Below are positions 17,157 to 25,248 of a stretch of 36,988 nucleotides of DNA, piece after piece. How positions within the stretch are numbered: the first letter of the stretch is position 1; every line of letters begins with the position of its first letter. The stretch comes from a virus. The translations under genes were made by a program, and so were the position numbers. The notes beneath the pieces are model-generated. The model did not search any database, was not told the DNA's origin, and was given only the letters and a program-made list of their open reading frames with translations. The stretch is taken from the UHGV virus genome UHGV-1356966; one strand, written 5' to 3'.

Positions 17157-17990
17157 TTGAAATATATAAATAGAAATGAGGAACTAACAAAAGATGAATA
17201 TTTAGAGATAACATCCTATGTGTTGCCACTACAAACTAAAACAAGTGAGTATTTTAATATTCCTTTAAAAGATTTAAGATGGCATCATTATGTTAAATAT
17301 TGCACAGAAAAGCTGGGGTATGAAATTTTATATTACGATTATGGTGATACAGCATCAAAAGTGATTTCTGGAAGAACAAGATTAATTGATGGTGTAGTCT
17401 CCATTATTGTAAATAAAAATCATACACACAATTCTGGAAGACAACATTTTACAACTTTACATGAAATAGCGCATGGTTTTTTGCATTTAGAAAAAGGTAA
17501 AATAGACAAAGTTTTCTTCAGCGCTAAAACAATTCCTGCACCTAATGACGATCGGTCTGAAATAGAGGCAGACATTCTAGGCTCTATAATGATGATATCA
17601 GATCAAGCAATATTAGCAGAGATGAAACATAATCCTACTTTTATAGGATTATGTTCAACTTTTGAATGTTCTTATGCCAATCTATTAATGCGGTTAAAGA
17701 ACTATTTAGTATTCAACTTGGATATGAATGAAAAATACGCTCTAAAATTAATATTGAATTACAGAGATTATGACGATACGACTATTTGTGAAGTTATTAG
17801 CCATCTTTCAAGCTTTAAATATTTTTTCATTCATACGGAAATGTTTAAAGATATCTACTTTCTCAATAATGAAACAGTATCTAGGATGATTGAGAGATAT
17901 ATCATCTTCACACATAGTAAAATATCAGAAAATGCAAAAAAAATAATAGCCGCAGCAATATTATATTTTAACGAAACAATAACTGTTTAA
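17157..17990 (+). CDS. ImmA/IrrE-family metallopeptidase (anti-repressor protease) with an unusually long C-terminal extension
   Basis: HEIAHGFLH (HEXXH) motif. TTG start with a GGGTGGG RBS. At 277 aa it is longer than typical ImmA. Confidence 0.65.
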   Translation: MKYINRNEELTKDEYLEITSYVLPLQTKTSEYFNIPLKDLRWHHYVKYCTEKLGYEILYYDYGDTASKVISGRTRLIDGVVSIIVNKNHTHNSGRQHFTTLHEIAHGFLHLEKGKIDKVFFSAKTIPAPNDDRSEIEADILGSIMMISDQAILAEMKHNPTFIGLCSTFECSYANLLMRLKNYLVFNLDMNEKYALKLILNYRDYDDTTICEVISHLSSFKYFFIHTEMFKDIYFLNNETVSRMIERYIIFTHSKISENAKKIIAAAILYFNETITV

Positions 17991-18074
17991 AAAAAAGCCC
18001 GTGCTGTAACACGGACTCATACCTCATTTCTAGGATTCTACATATAAATAATATCATAGAAATGAGGATAGTAA

Positions 18075-18557
18075 ATGGTACAAGTATCATTAGATAAAGT
18101 TAGTGTCTTATGCCATCAGCGTGGTGAAAGCTTTGGTTCTCTAGAAAGAAAATTGAATTTTAGTCCTGGTCAGATCAAACGATGGGCTATTGGGAGAACT
18201 GATCCTACCTTAGGCAATCTCTCGAAACTTGCAAATGGTTTAGGCGTGACCATAAATGATATTCTTATCGGGCAGCAACACGCAAAAAACAGTTTGGAAG
18301 AAAGACAAATATCATTCTATCAAGAACTCTATAAAACCTATCAAGCTTTTAAAGCCCAAGAATTAGATAACCCACTCCAACTTGCAATCTCAAGCGTTGC
18401 CATTGGAAAATATTTAGATTTAGATGAACATGAAGGTGTAATGATCCCTGTATGGGAAAAACTGTTGGCAATAGGAAAACGAGACCATGACAGGCAATTA
18501 AAAAAGGAAAAGCAATTACATGGAGCACCTCAAGCCAGAATTAAATTTAGAAGTTAA
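18075..18557 (+). CDS. Second XRE-family HTH regulator (160 aa) with a C-terminal domain of unknown function
   Basis: N-terminal HTH. It has its own GAGGA RBS and is followed by the hairpin ACACGCC…GGCGTGT. Confidence 0.55.
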   Translation: MVQVSLDKVSVLCHQRGESFGSLERKLNFSPGQIKRWAIGRTDPTLGNLSKLANGLGVTINDILIGQQHAKNSLEERQISFYQELYKTYQAFKAQELDNPLQLAISSVAIGKYLDLDEHEGVMIPVWEKLLAIGKRDHDRQLKKEKQLHGAPQARIKFRS

Positions 18558-18642
18558 GCATAAAAAAACACGCCCCACCGTCTAAAGTAAAGGCGTGTCT
18601 TAAGAAAACAAACCTATACAATAGGCTTCTTTATAGTACCTA

Positions 18643-19809
18643 TTGTATCAGAGAAAGAGAGCTGATTCAATCGTGGCACGGTTTGTAAAACGTGGTAATA
18701 GTTGGCAATATGAAATTTCATATAAAGATGAAAATGGGAAATATAAAAAATTAAGAAAAAGCGGATTTTATAAAAAGAAAGATGCTATTGCAGAAGCCGC
18801 TGACATAGAATTAAAACTGGCTAAAGGTTTAAAAGTCACAAACTCAGATATTAGCTTGTACGATCATTTTAAACAATGGATCGATGTGTACAAAAAAGGA
18901 AAAGTCACTAATATAACTTTTCGTAAATACGAAAATACATTAATGAATATAAAAAAATATTTTCCACATGATACGCTTAAAACACTTACCAGAACAAAAT
19001 ATCAACAACGGTTAAATACATTTGCAGAAACACACGCTGACGCATCAGTAGAACGATTGAATATACATATTAGGGCAAGTCTAATTAATGCTATTGATGA
19101 AGGAGTCATTCCGTATGACTTCACTAAAAAAGCGGTAATAAAGGGGAAATCTCCTGGAGTTAAAGAACAAGATAAGTTCTTAAATTATGAAGAGTTTCAG
19201 AAATTAATGGGTTTGGCAAAAGAAAAACTAGACCCTCGTTTCGCTTCACGGTTCATGATTCTTGTAGCAGGAGCAACTGGCATGAGGTTTGCTGAATTAT
19301 TAGGTCTCACCTGGAATCATGTGGATTTAAATAAAGGGATAATTTCAATTGATAGAGCCTGGGATTATCAAGATAAAAACGATTTTTGTCCTACTAAAAA
19401 TATTCAATCAATTAGAAAAGTTCCTTTAGATTCAGAAATGGTTTCTATAGTTTCGAGATTTAAGCAAAAACAATCAGAACTCTTTGAAAAATTAGATATA
19501 GTCCCTAAACATGATTTTGTGTTTTATAATGCAAAAGAAGGTCTAATTTCCAACAACGCAGTAAACAAGAAATTGAAAGAGTTGCTTAAACAGTTATCGA
19601 TTGAAACGCCTCTCACAATTCACGGTTTAAGACACACTCATGCATCAATTTTGATTTTTAAGGGAATTAATATTATGGCAGTTTCAAAACATCTAGGACA
19701 TAAAAATTTGGCAGTGACGATGGAAACATATAGTCATGCTGTAAAGGAACTTGAGGAAAGAGAGGAAGAAAAAATAAAGCAAGTTTTTCATGATTTGATG
19801 AAAGTATAA
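18643..19809 (+). CDS. int: Tyrosine integrase (phage integrase family)
   Basis: Conserved R (TGMRFAEL), HGLRHTH box and catalytic Y (ETYSH). The start is TTG at 18643 or GTG at 18670. Confidence 0.85.
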   Translation: MYQRKRADSIVARFVKRGNSWQYEISYKDENGKYKKLRKSGFYKKKDAIAEAADIELKLAKGLKVTNSDISLYDHFKQWIDVYKKGKVTNITFRKYENTLMNIKKYFPHDTLKTLTRTKYQQRLNTFAETHADASVERLNIHIRASLINAIDEGVIPYDFTKKAVIKGKSPGVKEQDKFLNYEEFQKLMGLAKEKLDPRFASRFMILVAGATGMRFAELLGLTWNHVDLNKGIISIDRAWDYQDKNDFCPTKNIQSIRKVPLDSEMVSIVSRFKQKQSELFEKLDIVPKHDFVFYNAKEGLISNNAVNKKLKELLKQLSIETPLTIHGLRHTHASILIFKGINIMAVSKHLGHKNLAVTMETYSHAVKELEEREEEKIKQVFHDLMKV

Positions 19810-19814
19810 CTACA

Positions 19815-20005
19815 TTTGGCACATGTTTGGCACAAAAAAAGAGATAAACACTGATACAACAGCGTTTATCTCTTAGTTTTTATGCCAGCTATAGGGAAAT
19901 ACATTTAAAATACGTTGTTATACGTTTGAAAAAATACGGTTATTTCAGAAATCTCTCTATATATCTTGTATGTGTTGAAATTTTTTTTGGCACATAATTT
20001 GGCAC
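19815..20005 (+). repeat. Four direct copies of TTTGGCACA in two tandem pairs: candidate integrase arm-type sites
   Basis: Copies at 19815, 19826, 19985 and 19997, all in the same orientation. A fifth, TATGGCACA, lies at 20271 on the far side of the tRNA. Confidence 0.45.
19840..19880 (+). terminator. Intrinsic terminator downstream of int
   Basis: Stem AGAGATAAAC / GTTTATCTCT followed by a T-run. Confidence 0.6.
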
Positions 20006-20008
20006 AAG

Positions 20009-20032
20009 CAAAAAAGCTACTCAAAAGAGTAG
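20009..20032 (-). terminator. Intrinsic terminator downstream of the tRNA (minus strand)
   Basis: Stem gctactc / gagtagc with an aaaa loop, followed on the minus strand by UUUUUU. Confidence 0.5.
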
Positions 20033-20106
20033 CAATGAAAAATAAACATTGATTTGTATGATATCCTTCAAAAAAATTCTAGCACAGAACTAACTTAATT
20101 ACTATA

Positions 20107-20180
20107 TGTACCCTGTAGGACTCGAACCTACGACCGGACGGTTATGAGCCGTCTGCTCTAACCAACTGAGCTAAGGGTAC
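20107..20180 (-). tRNA. tRNA with CAT anticodon (tRNA-Met, or lysidine-modified tRNA-Ile2), 74 nt, no encoded CCA
   Basis: The 7-bp acceptor stem GTACCCT/AGGGTAC, D-arm, anticodon loop CTCATAA and T-arm GTAGG-TTCGAGT-CCTAC all fold by eye. It resembles ileX-type tRNAs. The 3' end faces int. Confidence 0.8.
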
Positions 20181-20185
20181 GAGAA

Positions 20186-20262
20186 GCCATCACAACTACT
20201 GCAAATCTAAAGAATGGATAGACTAGACAATAATGGGATTTCATTCTTTATGTTGTGATGGC
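20186..20262. other. Long imperfect hairpin immediately 5' of the tRNA
   Basis: GCCATCACAAC pairs with GTTGTGATGGC (11 bp). An inner pair AAAGAATG / CATTCTTT encloses a roughly 27-nt loop. Confidence 0.4.
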
Positions 20263-20363
20263 TAATTTATTATGGCACAATTAATGAAAAACTAGATTTA
20301 TCTACACAAATCTTTTCCTTGTTGGTATTATGTATTTATAGAATTATATCATATCGAAAAGAG

Positions 20364-20927
20364 ATGAAATATATGGTCGATTGGAAAAAAATTGGTAAAC
20401 AAGCTTTAAATGTAAGTAAGCAAGCTACAGAAAAAGGCATTGACTCATTTCAAGAATGGAAAAATGATCCTGAACGTATTGAAAAAAGCAAATTAAAAAA
20501 AGAGTTAAAAAATTACTCGCCTGTTGAAAGTGACAATTTTATTTTTAATGAAAAAACACATCAATGGAGTTTTAAGAAGAAGAAAAAAGTGGTTTACCCG
20601 CAAGATTGTTTATTATCTTTTGAGTATAAAGAAGATGATTATAGTTTAACAAAAGGCGGTTCATCAATTGGAAAAGCTGTTGTAGGCGGAGCTTTATTCG
20701 GTGGTGTTGGTGCTGTTGTAGGCGGAGTTACTGGTAAAAAGAAAACTAAAGATAAAGTAAAAAGTATGCAACTAGTAGTTACGTTTAGAGAAAACAATAA
20801 GATTAAAACGGAAACTATCCGCTATTCTAGTTCTTCACTAGATCGTTCTAGTTTTGCGTATCAAGGACTAACACAAAAAGTTCAAAGTGATTTGGCTATT
20901 TTAAATCTAATTTCCCAATCTGAATAA
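20364..20927 (+). CDS. Accessory protein: soluble N-terminal domain plus glycine-zipper TM segment (GKAVVGGALFGGVGAVVGGVTG) plus basic tail
   Basis: This is the only plus-strand gene in the late region. It lies between attP/tRNA and the lysin. It has its own AT-rich upstream region and a strong terminator. The start is 20364 or 20373. Confidence 0.55.
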   Translation: MKYMVDWKKIGKQALNVSKQATEKGIDSFQEWKNDPERIEKSKLKKELKNYSPVESDNFIFNEKTHQWSFKKKKKVVYPQDCLLSFEYKEDDYSLTKGGSSIGKAVVGGALFGGVGAVVGGVTGKKKTKDKVKSMQLVVTFRENNKIKTETIRYSSSSLDRSSFAYQGLTQKVQSDLAILNLISQSE

Positions 20928-20937
20928 TATATGTAAT

Positions 20938-20970
20938 GCCCCTCAATTAATTTTTTGAGGGGCTTTTTTT
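20938..20970 (+). terminator. Strong intrinsic terminator (also abuts the lysin stop on the other strand)
   Basis: GCCCCTCAA-ttaatttt-TTGAGGGGC followed by TTTTTTT. Confidence 0.6.
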
Positions 20971-21988
20971 ATCGTTGCGGAATATTTAAATACCACCGTT
21001 TATCGTGAAAATCTTGCGCTCCACCTTTAGTGTTTCCTTCTGGATCATTAGTTGCCCGCATCATAACGTATACTTTCTTATTAGGGAAATTACGCATGTT
21101 GAAAGATACGTGATAGCCAACATTCCCACATGTCCCATAAGCTTGATTTACGTCTGGTCTATAAATCCCATCAGCTTTTACTCTAGCTAATTCTTTCCCA
21201 GTATTGTAATCCATAATGAAGATATACTCGTATTTATAGTTAGCAATGTGCCATCCAGCTACATGCAAATTTGCATTTTCGATTTCTCCAAACTGATCAA
21301 TGTGGGCGTAATTCGTTCCATCTGTCAGTGTAGGATTAGCTGCACCAGCTCGTGTTGGATCAATGACAGGCTTGTTTTCAGAAGTTGTTGGATTTTCATC
21401 GGTAAATCCATGAGCTAAATCATATGCTAATTTTTCTTTACTTACGCCCATTTCAGAAAGATAACCGTATGGATCAGTATGATCTCCCCAGATATTTTGT
21501 GTTACCCATAAATGTGATTTGATTCCTGGTTGGTTATAAGGCGTGTCTAATGTTAATGGAATACCATATTTCATTGCTGAATCTCTAGCCAATTCAACGT
21601 ATGCCTTGTAGTTTTTCTCAAACGTTGCTTTATCATGTGTGTGTTGTAACTCAATCTGCACAGGACTGTTGGCATTAGCATACGAACCAGCACCGTACTG
21701 TACATAACCAGGTTGACCGACTTGATAAACAATTCCGCCGTCTCCCACAATATAAGCAGTATAAGCGCTAGTCCATGAACGTTGCATATACTGCGCTTCA
21801 TTGCGTCCTGTTGCTGTTTCATTAGCCGTTTCATGCAGTAAAATGTACTGATTATTTGCTATTTGTGAGCTACCTTCATTTGCGCCCAAATTAAATTCAT
21901 TGTTGATAGTATAGGCAAACCCATTAATTGGCAATAAAAAAAGAGCCGTTAATAGGCTCATCGCAGTAATAGTAATTTTCTTTTTCAT
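20969..21988 (-). CDS. Endolysin: amidase-like catalytic domain with a cleavable Sec signal peptide, C-terminal domain unassigned
   Basis: N-terminus MKKKITITAMSLLTALFLLPINGFA-YT. The Amidase_2-like pattern YILLHETA…AYIVGDGGIVYQV…SPVQIEL is present. Confidence 0.6.
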   Translation of the reverse strand: MKKKITITAMSLLTALFLLPINGFAYTINNEFNLGANEGSSQIANNQYILLHETANETATGRNEAQYMQRSWTSAYTAYIVGDGGIVYQVGQPGYVQYGAGSYANANSPVQIELQHTHDKATFEKNYKAYVELARDSAMKYGIPLTLDTPYNQPGIKSHLWVTQNIWGDHTDPYGYLSEMGVSKEKLAYDLAHGFTDENPTTSENKPVIDPTRAGAANPTLTDGTNYAHIDQFGEIENANLHVAGWHIANYKYEYIFIMDYNTGKELARVKADGIYRPDVNQAYGTCGNVGYHVSFNMRNFPNKKVYVMMRATNDPEGNTKGGAQDFHDKRWYLNIPQR

Positions 21989-21998
21989 TTGTTTCCTC

Positions 21999-22196
21999 CT
22001 ATTTTTTCAAATTATAAGCCGACACACCAGTGATAACGCCTAAAAATGTTGCTACTGCATTGATAGTCAACACTATCATATCTGTTCCATTCCATCCATA
22101 CGCTTTCCCTAACATGGCTACTAAAGCAGATGCAGCTGGCAATACTGTTAAAACTGTCCATTTAATGACTTTATAATACTTATCTGGTAAAATCAT
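21999..22196 (-). CDS. Holin (65 aa, 2 TM)
   Basis: Two hydrophobic helices and a charged C-terminus. Directly upstream of the lysin. Confidence 0.6.
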   Translation of the reverse strand: MILPDKYYKVIKWTVLTVLPAASALVAMLGKAYGWNGTDMIVLTINAVATFLGVITGVSAYNLKK

Positions 22197-22211
22197 TTCT
22201 TCTCACCTCCT

Positions 22212-22454
22212 TTACAATTTAGTCAAGAAATAGCCAATGATCGTAATGCCTAAGCCAATCATATAGCCCCAAGCCCATTTATTATTGTTCTTCATTTCCT
22301 TGATGTCTTCTGCATTGTTTAGTGCTACTGAATAGGCTTTATCTGCCAAATCTTTTGCACTATCAGCCTTTTCTCTAAGTGATTCGTAGTTGTCTAATTT
22401 TGTTTCAATTCTTACTAATCTCTCCACAACGTCTTGGAGCGCTTCTTCTTTCAT
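22212..22454 (-). CDS. XhlA-family holin-like / haemolysin-like protein
   Basis: Coiled coil plus a C-terminal TM segment WAWGYMIGLGITIIGYFL. The likely start is ATG at 22454. The track's TTG at 22475 falls inside the T-run of a terminator. Confidence 0.6.
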   Translation of the reverse strand: MKEEALQDVVERLVRIETKLDNYESLREKADSAKDLADKAYSVALNNAEDIKEMKNNNKWAWGYMIGLGITIIGYFLTKL

Positions 22455-22473
22455 GTTCCACCAACTTTCCAAC

Positions 22474-22499
22474 AAAAAAACGCATCACTTAAGATGCGC
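22474..22499 (-). terminator. Intrinsic terminator after the XkdX-like gene
   Basis: Stem CGCATC/GATGCG followed on the minus strand by UUUUUUU. Confidence 0.5.
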
Positions 22500-22626
22500 T
22501 CTCTTCTTTGCTAATGATTTTATCTGCTTCTTCGTCTGTAATGCATAGTGGAACGAATAGTCGAACTTGATCGTCAGTAAAACAGCCCCAATCATACATC
22601 ATTTTCACATCGCTAAAACTAAACAT
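22489..22626 (-). CDS. XkdX-family small phage protein (45 aa)
   Basis: Hand translation gives MFSFSDVKMMYDWGCFTDDQVRLFVPLCITDEEADKIISKEESAS. A GGGAGGTGA RBS is present. Not in the ORF track because it is shorter than 60 aa. Confidence 0.5.
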   Translation of the reverse strand: MFSFSDVKMMYDWGCFTDDQVRLFVPLCITDEEADKIISKEESAS

Positions 22627-22627
22627 A

Positions 22628-23074
22628 CTACTCACCTCCCTTTAAAGCTGGATTTAGTTGCTCTTTAATTTCTGAAATGTCTTTGCTATTTTGTAACGAA
22701 GCAAGCATCATTTTTGAATTGATTTGTGCTAAACTATCCGCTTTTTCTTTCAATGCAGTATTTTCCTGTTTAATTGCTACATCGCTTAGCATGAGTTTAG
22801 CATTTAGCTGTTTTAGGTTGTCGTTTTCATGTTCCAGAGCCTCGTACATCGCTTTGAGATTGTTTAAATCGTTGTGATCTAGTGCGTTCGCTAAAACAAT
22901 CCATTGGTTCAGTTTAGGATCAAACATCTGATCAGCAATCGTTAGCGGTTCGCCATCAGCACGTAATCCTTCGAGCGGTGGCTGATCCGTGTAAGGAACG
23001 GATACAAGCATATCGTCCAATACTTTTCCTGCATACTCTCCGCCAGTACGTCCGTATTTCCAAATGTTTTTCAT
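22628..23074 (-). CDS. Hypothetical protein (148 aa) between the fibre and XkdX genes
   Basis: ORF track entry with a coiled-coil C-terminus. Confidence 0.4.
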   Translation of the reverse strand: MKNIWKYGRTGGEYAGKVLDDMLVSVPYTDQPPLEGLRADGEPLTIADQMFDPKLNQWIVLANALDHNDLNNLKAMYEALEHENDNLKQLNAKLMLSDVAIKQENTALKEKADSLAQINSKMMLASLQNSKDISEIKEQLNPALKGGE

Positions 23075-23085
23075 TTATTTCCCTC

Positions 23086-25248
23086 CTACTTTGTTTCTGG
23101 ATAACTATCAGCTGTTCGCCATTCTCCTGAAATATAATGATTTCCTACTCGATTAGTTGCAAATTTAACTACTTGTTTACCAGTTGAATCAGTGATTACC
23201 AAAGCGCTGATTTCTCCTTGTGGCGTAGTCCACTGTACAACCGACAACGGAACCCCTACAATTGTCCATCCAATAGGAAACTGAAATCCTAAAGGAATTT
23301 CTAGTAGATTCACATGTGAAGCTACGGCTGTTGTCGAGTTTGTTTTTACTCGTGCGTGAAAGAATACCCTATCACCAATACGTTCGAATTCGTATGAAAA
23401 TTCATCAAATGCGCTTTGCTTATCTGATTGAATAGTAGTCAAACCAGATCCACTCTGTAACACACTACCTAAGTTTTTAACTGTTGCCACATCTACTCCG
23501 TCGATCTGGACCCCATCTTTGAAATTTTTAAGTCCTAAAACGGTTTCGGGTTCAGTTAGACTAACCGTATTATTCAAGCCTTTTTCAGCATATTCAGGTG
23601 TGATATCCCAGCTGTAGTCGTTCGGATTGTTACTATCTTTCAAGCCTTCACCGAAGTATTTAAACTGACTAATATTGGGCGTTCGGGTGTTGCCTTTTTC
23701 AATCTTGAGCCAGTCAATTTGGCATGCGCCTACTGTTGATCGTGGATACTGATAAACACGGAAAAGTTTAGGCATCGCCACAACATTCGTTGGTGTGAAT
23801 GTTAGAGACCATACGTCTGTCAACCCATCAACCGGCTTTAGTTCTCCTAAACGAGCAGTCCAATGATTATACGCTACAAAGGTTTGACTTGCGGGTTTTG
23901 TTCCTTTAAGCGTGATAGTATACGTTTGACCTATCATAAGCTCTTCTTCTGTGTAGCCTTGATATATTTGGTGGTCGCCAGATTCGATTGGGAACTTAAC
24001 TTTAGGATCGGCAATATTTTCGTTAGGATATTCGCGACACATGTTGTAAGGTTCTGCTAATAAGTTAGGTTGGAATGGTGTAGCTGTTGAGCCTTCTTCG
24101 AGTTTAGCGTGTCTCAAACGTAGTTTGCCGGATAGGCTGTTATTAGCGTCTTTATTTTGTAGCATTATAAACCAGCTTTCAGCGTTATCAATCGCAGTAG
24201 TCATTTTAGCGGTAACAGTTAGTTTTTGCCATACACCCTTAGTATTAGTTAATGTATAAGGCGTATATAGTACTGTTAACCAGCTGGGCATTTTAATATA
24301 TCTTAGAGATATATTACTAGGGTCTCCAGTGAAATCATCTTCTAACATAATTTCTACACTCATGGTATATGTTTTCCCCACTACCAGAGCTGGTTGACTT
24401 TTCGCTTTGAATATTTCTAATTTATGGTTTGGATCAAGCGTAATCACTACCTCGTCACCATCATCTACAACAGATAAGGCACCACTACCTTGCGAGAAGC
24501 TATCAGCGTTTATATTAGCCATCAAATTCGGATTTCCACTATAATCATAGTTCCCGAAATCGATGCTGTTGGAGTACATCTTTTTCAGCTTTCCGAGATC
24601 ACTTATTTGCTGGTTCGTTTGATCAATACGATCATTTGCTTTATCAATATTCGTATTGAGAGTTGTGACATCTTGATTGGCTTTCGTGATTTTGTCGTTT
24701 GTATTTTTTAATTTCGCATCAATCTGCGTTTCAGATTCCGTAATTTTCTGTTCAATCTCTTGCTTTCCATCAGCTAGAATTTTTTCGATTTTATCAATAG
24801 TCTGACTGAAACCATTGAAATAATAATCTTCCAATTCTGGTGTACTATCATCGATTGGACTGCGTTTGATGTCAAAAGTAAAACGACCAGCTGTATCTAA
24901 CGAGCGGTCGTTTGGGAAATCAATATAAACACTACCTTCGACAATTCCAACATAGCCTAAAATATTATCTTCCAGCACAATGGACACAATACCATTTACA
25001 CGATCTTCAATGGTGGCGAGATAGTCATGTTTTCCATAACCACCTTCTGCCGTTGCAGATCTGAACATCAGACGAATCGGAACAGTTGTCCCTTCGGGTA
25101 AGCTTTGAGGGATGCCGTTTTTCCGAACTAACTTCATTCGAAGCTTAGCTGTTCCTCGATCATGCGACCAAAAAACAACATTCGTCCTGTTTGGACTAGT
25201 GGCTTCTGCTTGAATTACAATAATCGATTCATTAATTTTAAACGCCAT
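23086..25248 (-). CDS. Tail fibre / receptor-binding protein (BppU-like N-terminus, coiled coil, C-terminal binding domains)
   Basis: 720 aa. The N-terminal region is followed by coiled coils rich in Gln/Asn/Asp/Lys/Thr. It sits downstream of the baseplate genes. Confidence 0.6.
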   Translation of the reverse strand: MAFKINESIIVIQAEATSPNRTNVVFWSHDRGTAKLRMKLVRKNGIPQSLPEGTTVPIRLMFRSATAEGGYGKHDYLATIEDRVNGIVSIVLEDNILGYVGIVEGSVYIDFPNDRSLDTAGRFTFDIKRSPIDDSTPELEDYYFNGFSQTIDKIEKILADGKQEIEQKITESETQIDAKLKNTNDKITKANQDVTTLNTNIDKANDRIDQTNQQISDLGKLKKMYSNSIDFGNYDYSGNPNLMANINADSFSQGSGALSVVDDGDEVVITLDPNHKLEIFKAKSQPALVVGKTYTMSVEIMLEDDFTGDPSNISLRYIKMPSWLTVLYTPYTLTNTKGVWQKLTVTAKMTTAIDNAESWFIMLQNKDANNSLSGKLRLRHAKLEEGSTATPFQPNLLAEPYNMCREYPNENIADPKVKFPIESGDHQIYQGYTEEELMIGQTYTITLKGTKPASQTFVAYNHWTARLGELKPVDGLTDVWSLTFTPTNVVAMPKLFRVYQYPRSTVGACQIDWLKIEKGNTRTPNISQFKYFGEGLKDSNNPNDYSWDITPEYAEKGLNNTVSLTEPETVLGLKNFKDGVQIDGVDVATVKNLGSVLQSGSGLTTIQSDKQSAFDEFSYEFERIGDRVFFHARVKTNSTTAVASHVNLLEIPLGFQFPIGWTIVGVPLSVVQWTTPQGEISALVITDSTGKQVVKFATNRVGNHYISGEWRTADSYPETK

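Noticed and set aside
17990-18030. Hairpin CCGTG…CACGG after ImmA with the T-run on the minus strand
   Set aside because: No minus-strand gene ends here. It may be a weak bidirectional terminator for the ImmR-ImmA operon. It is not called as a feature.
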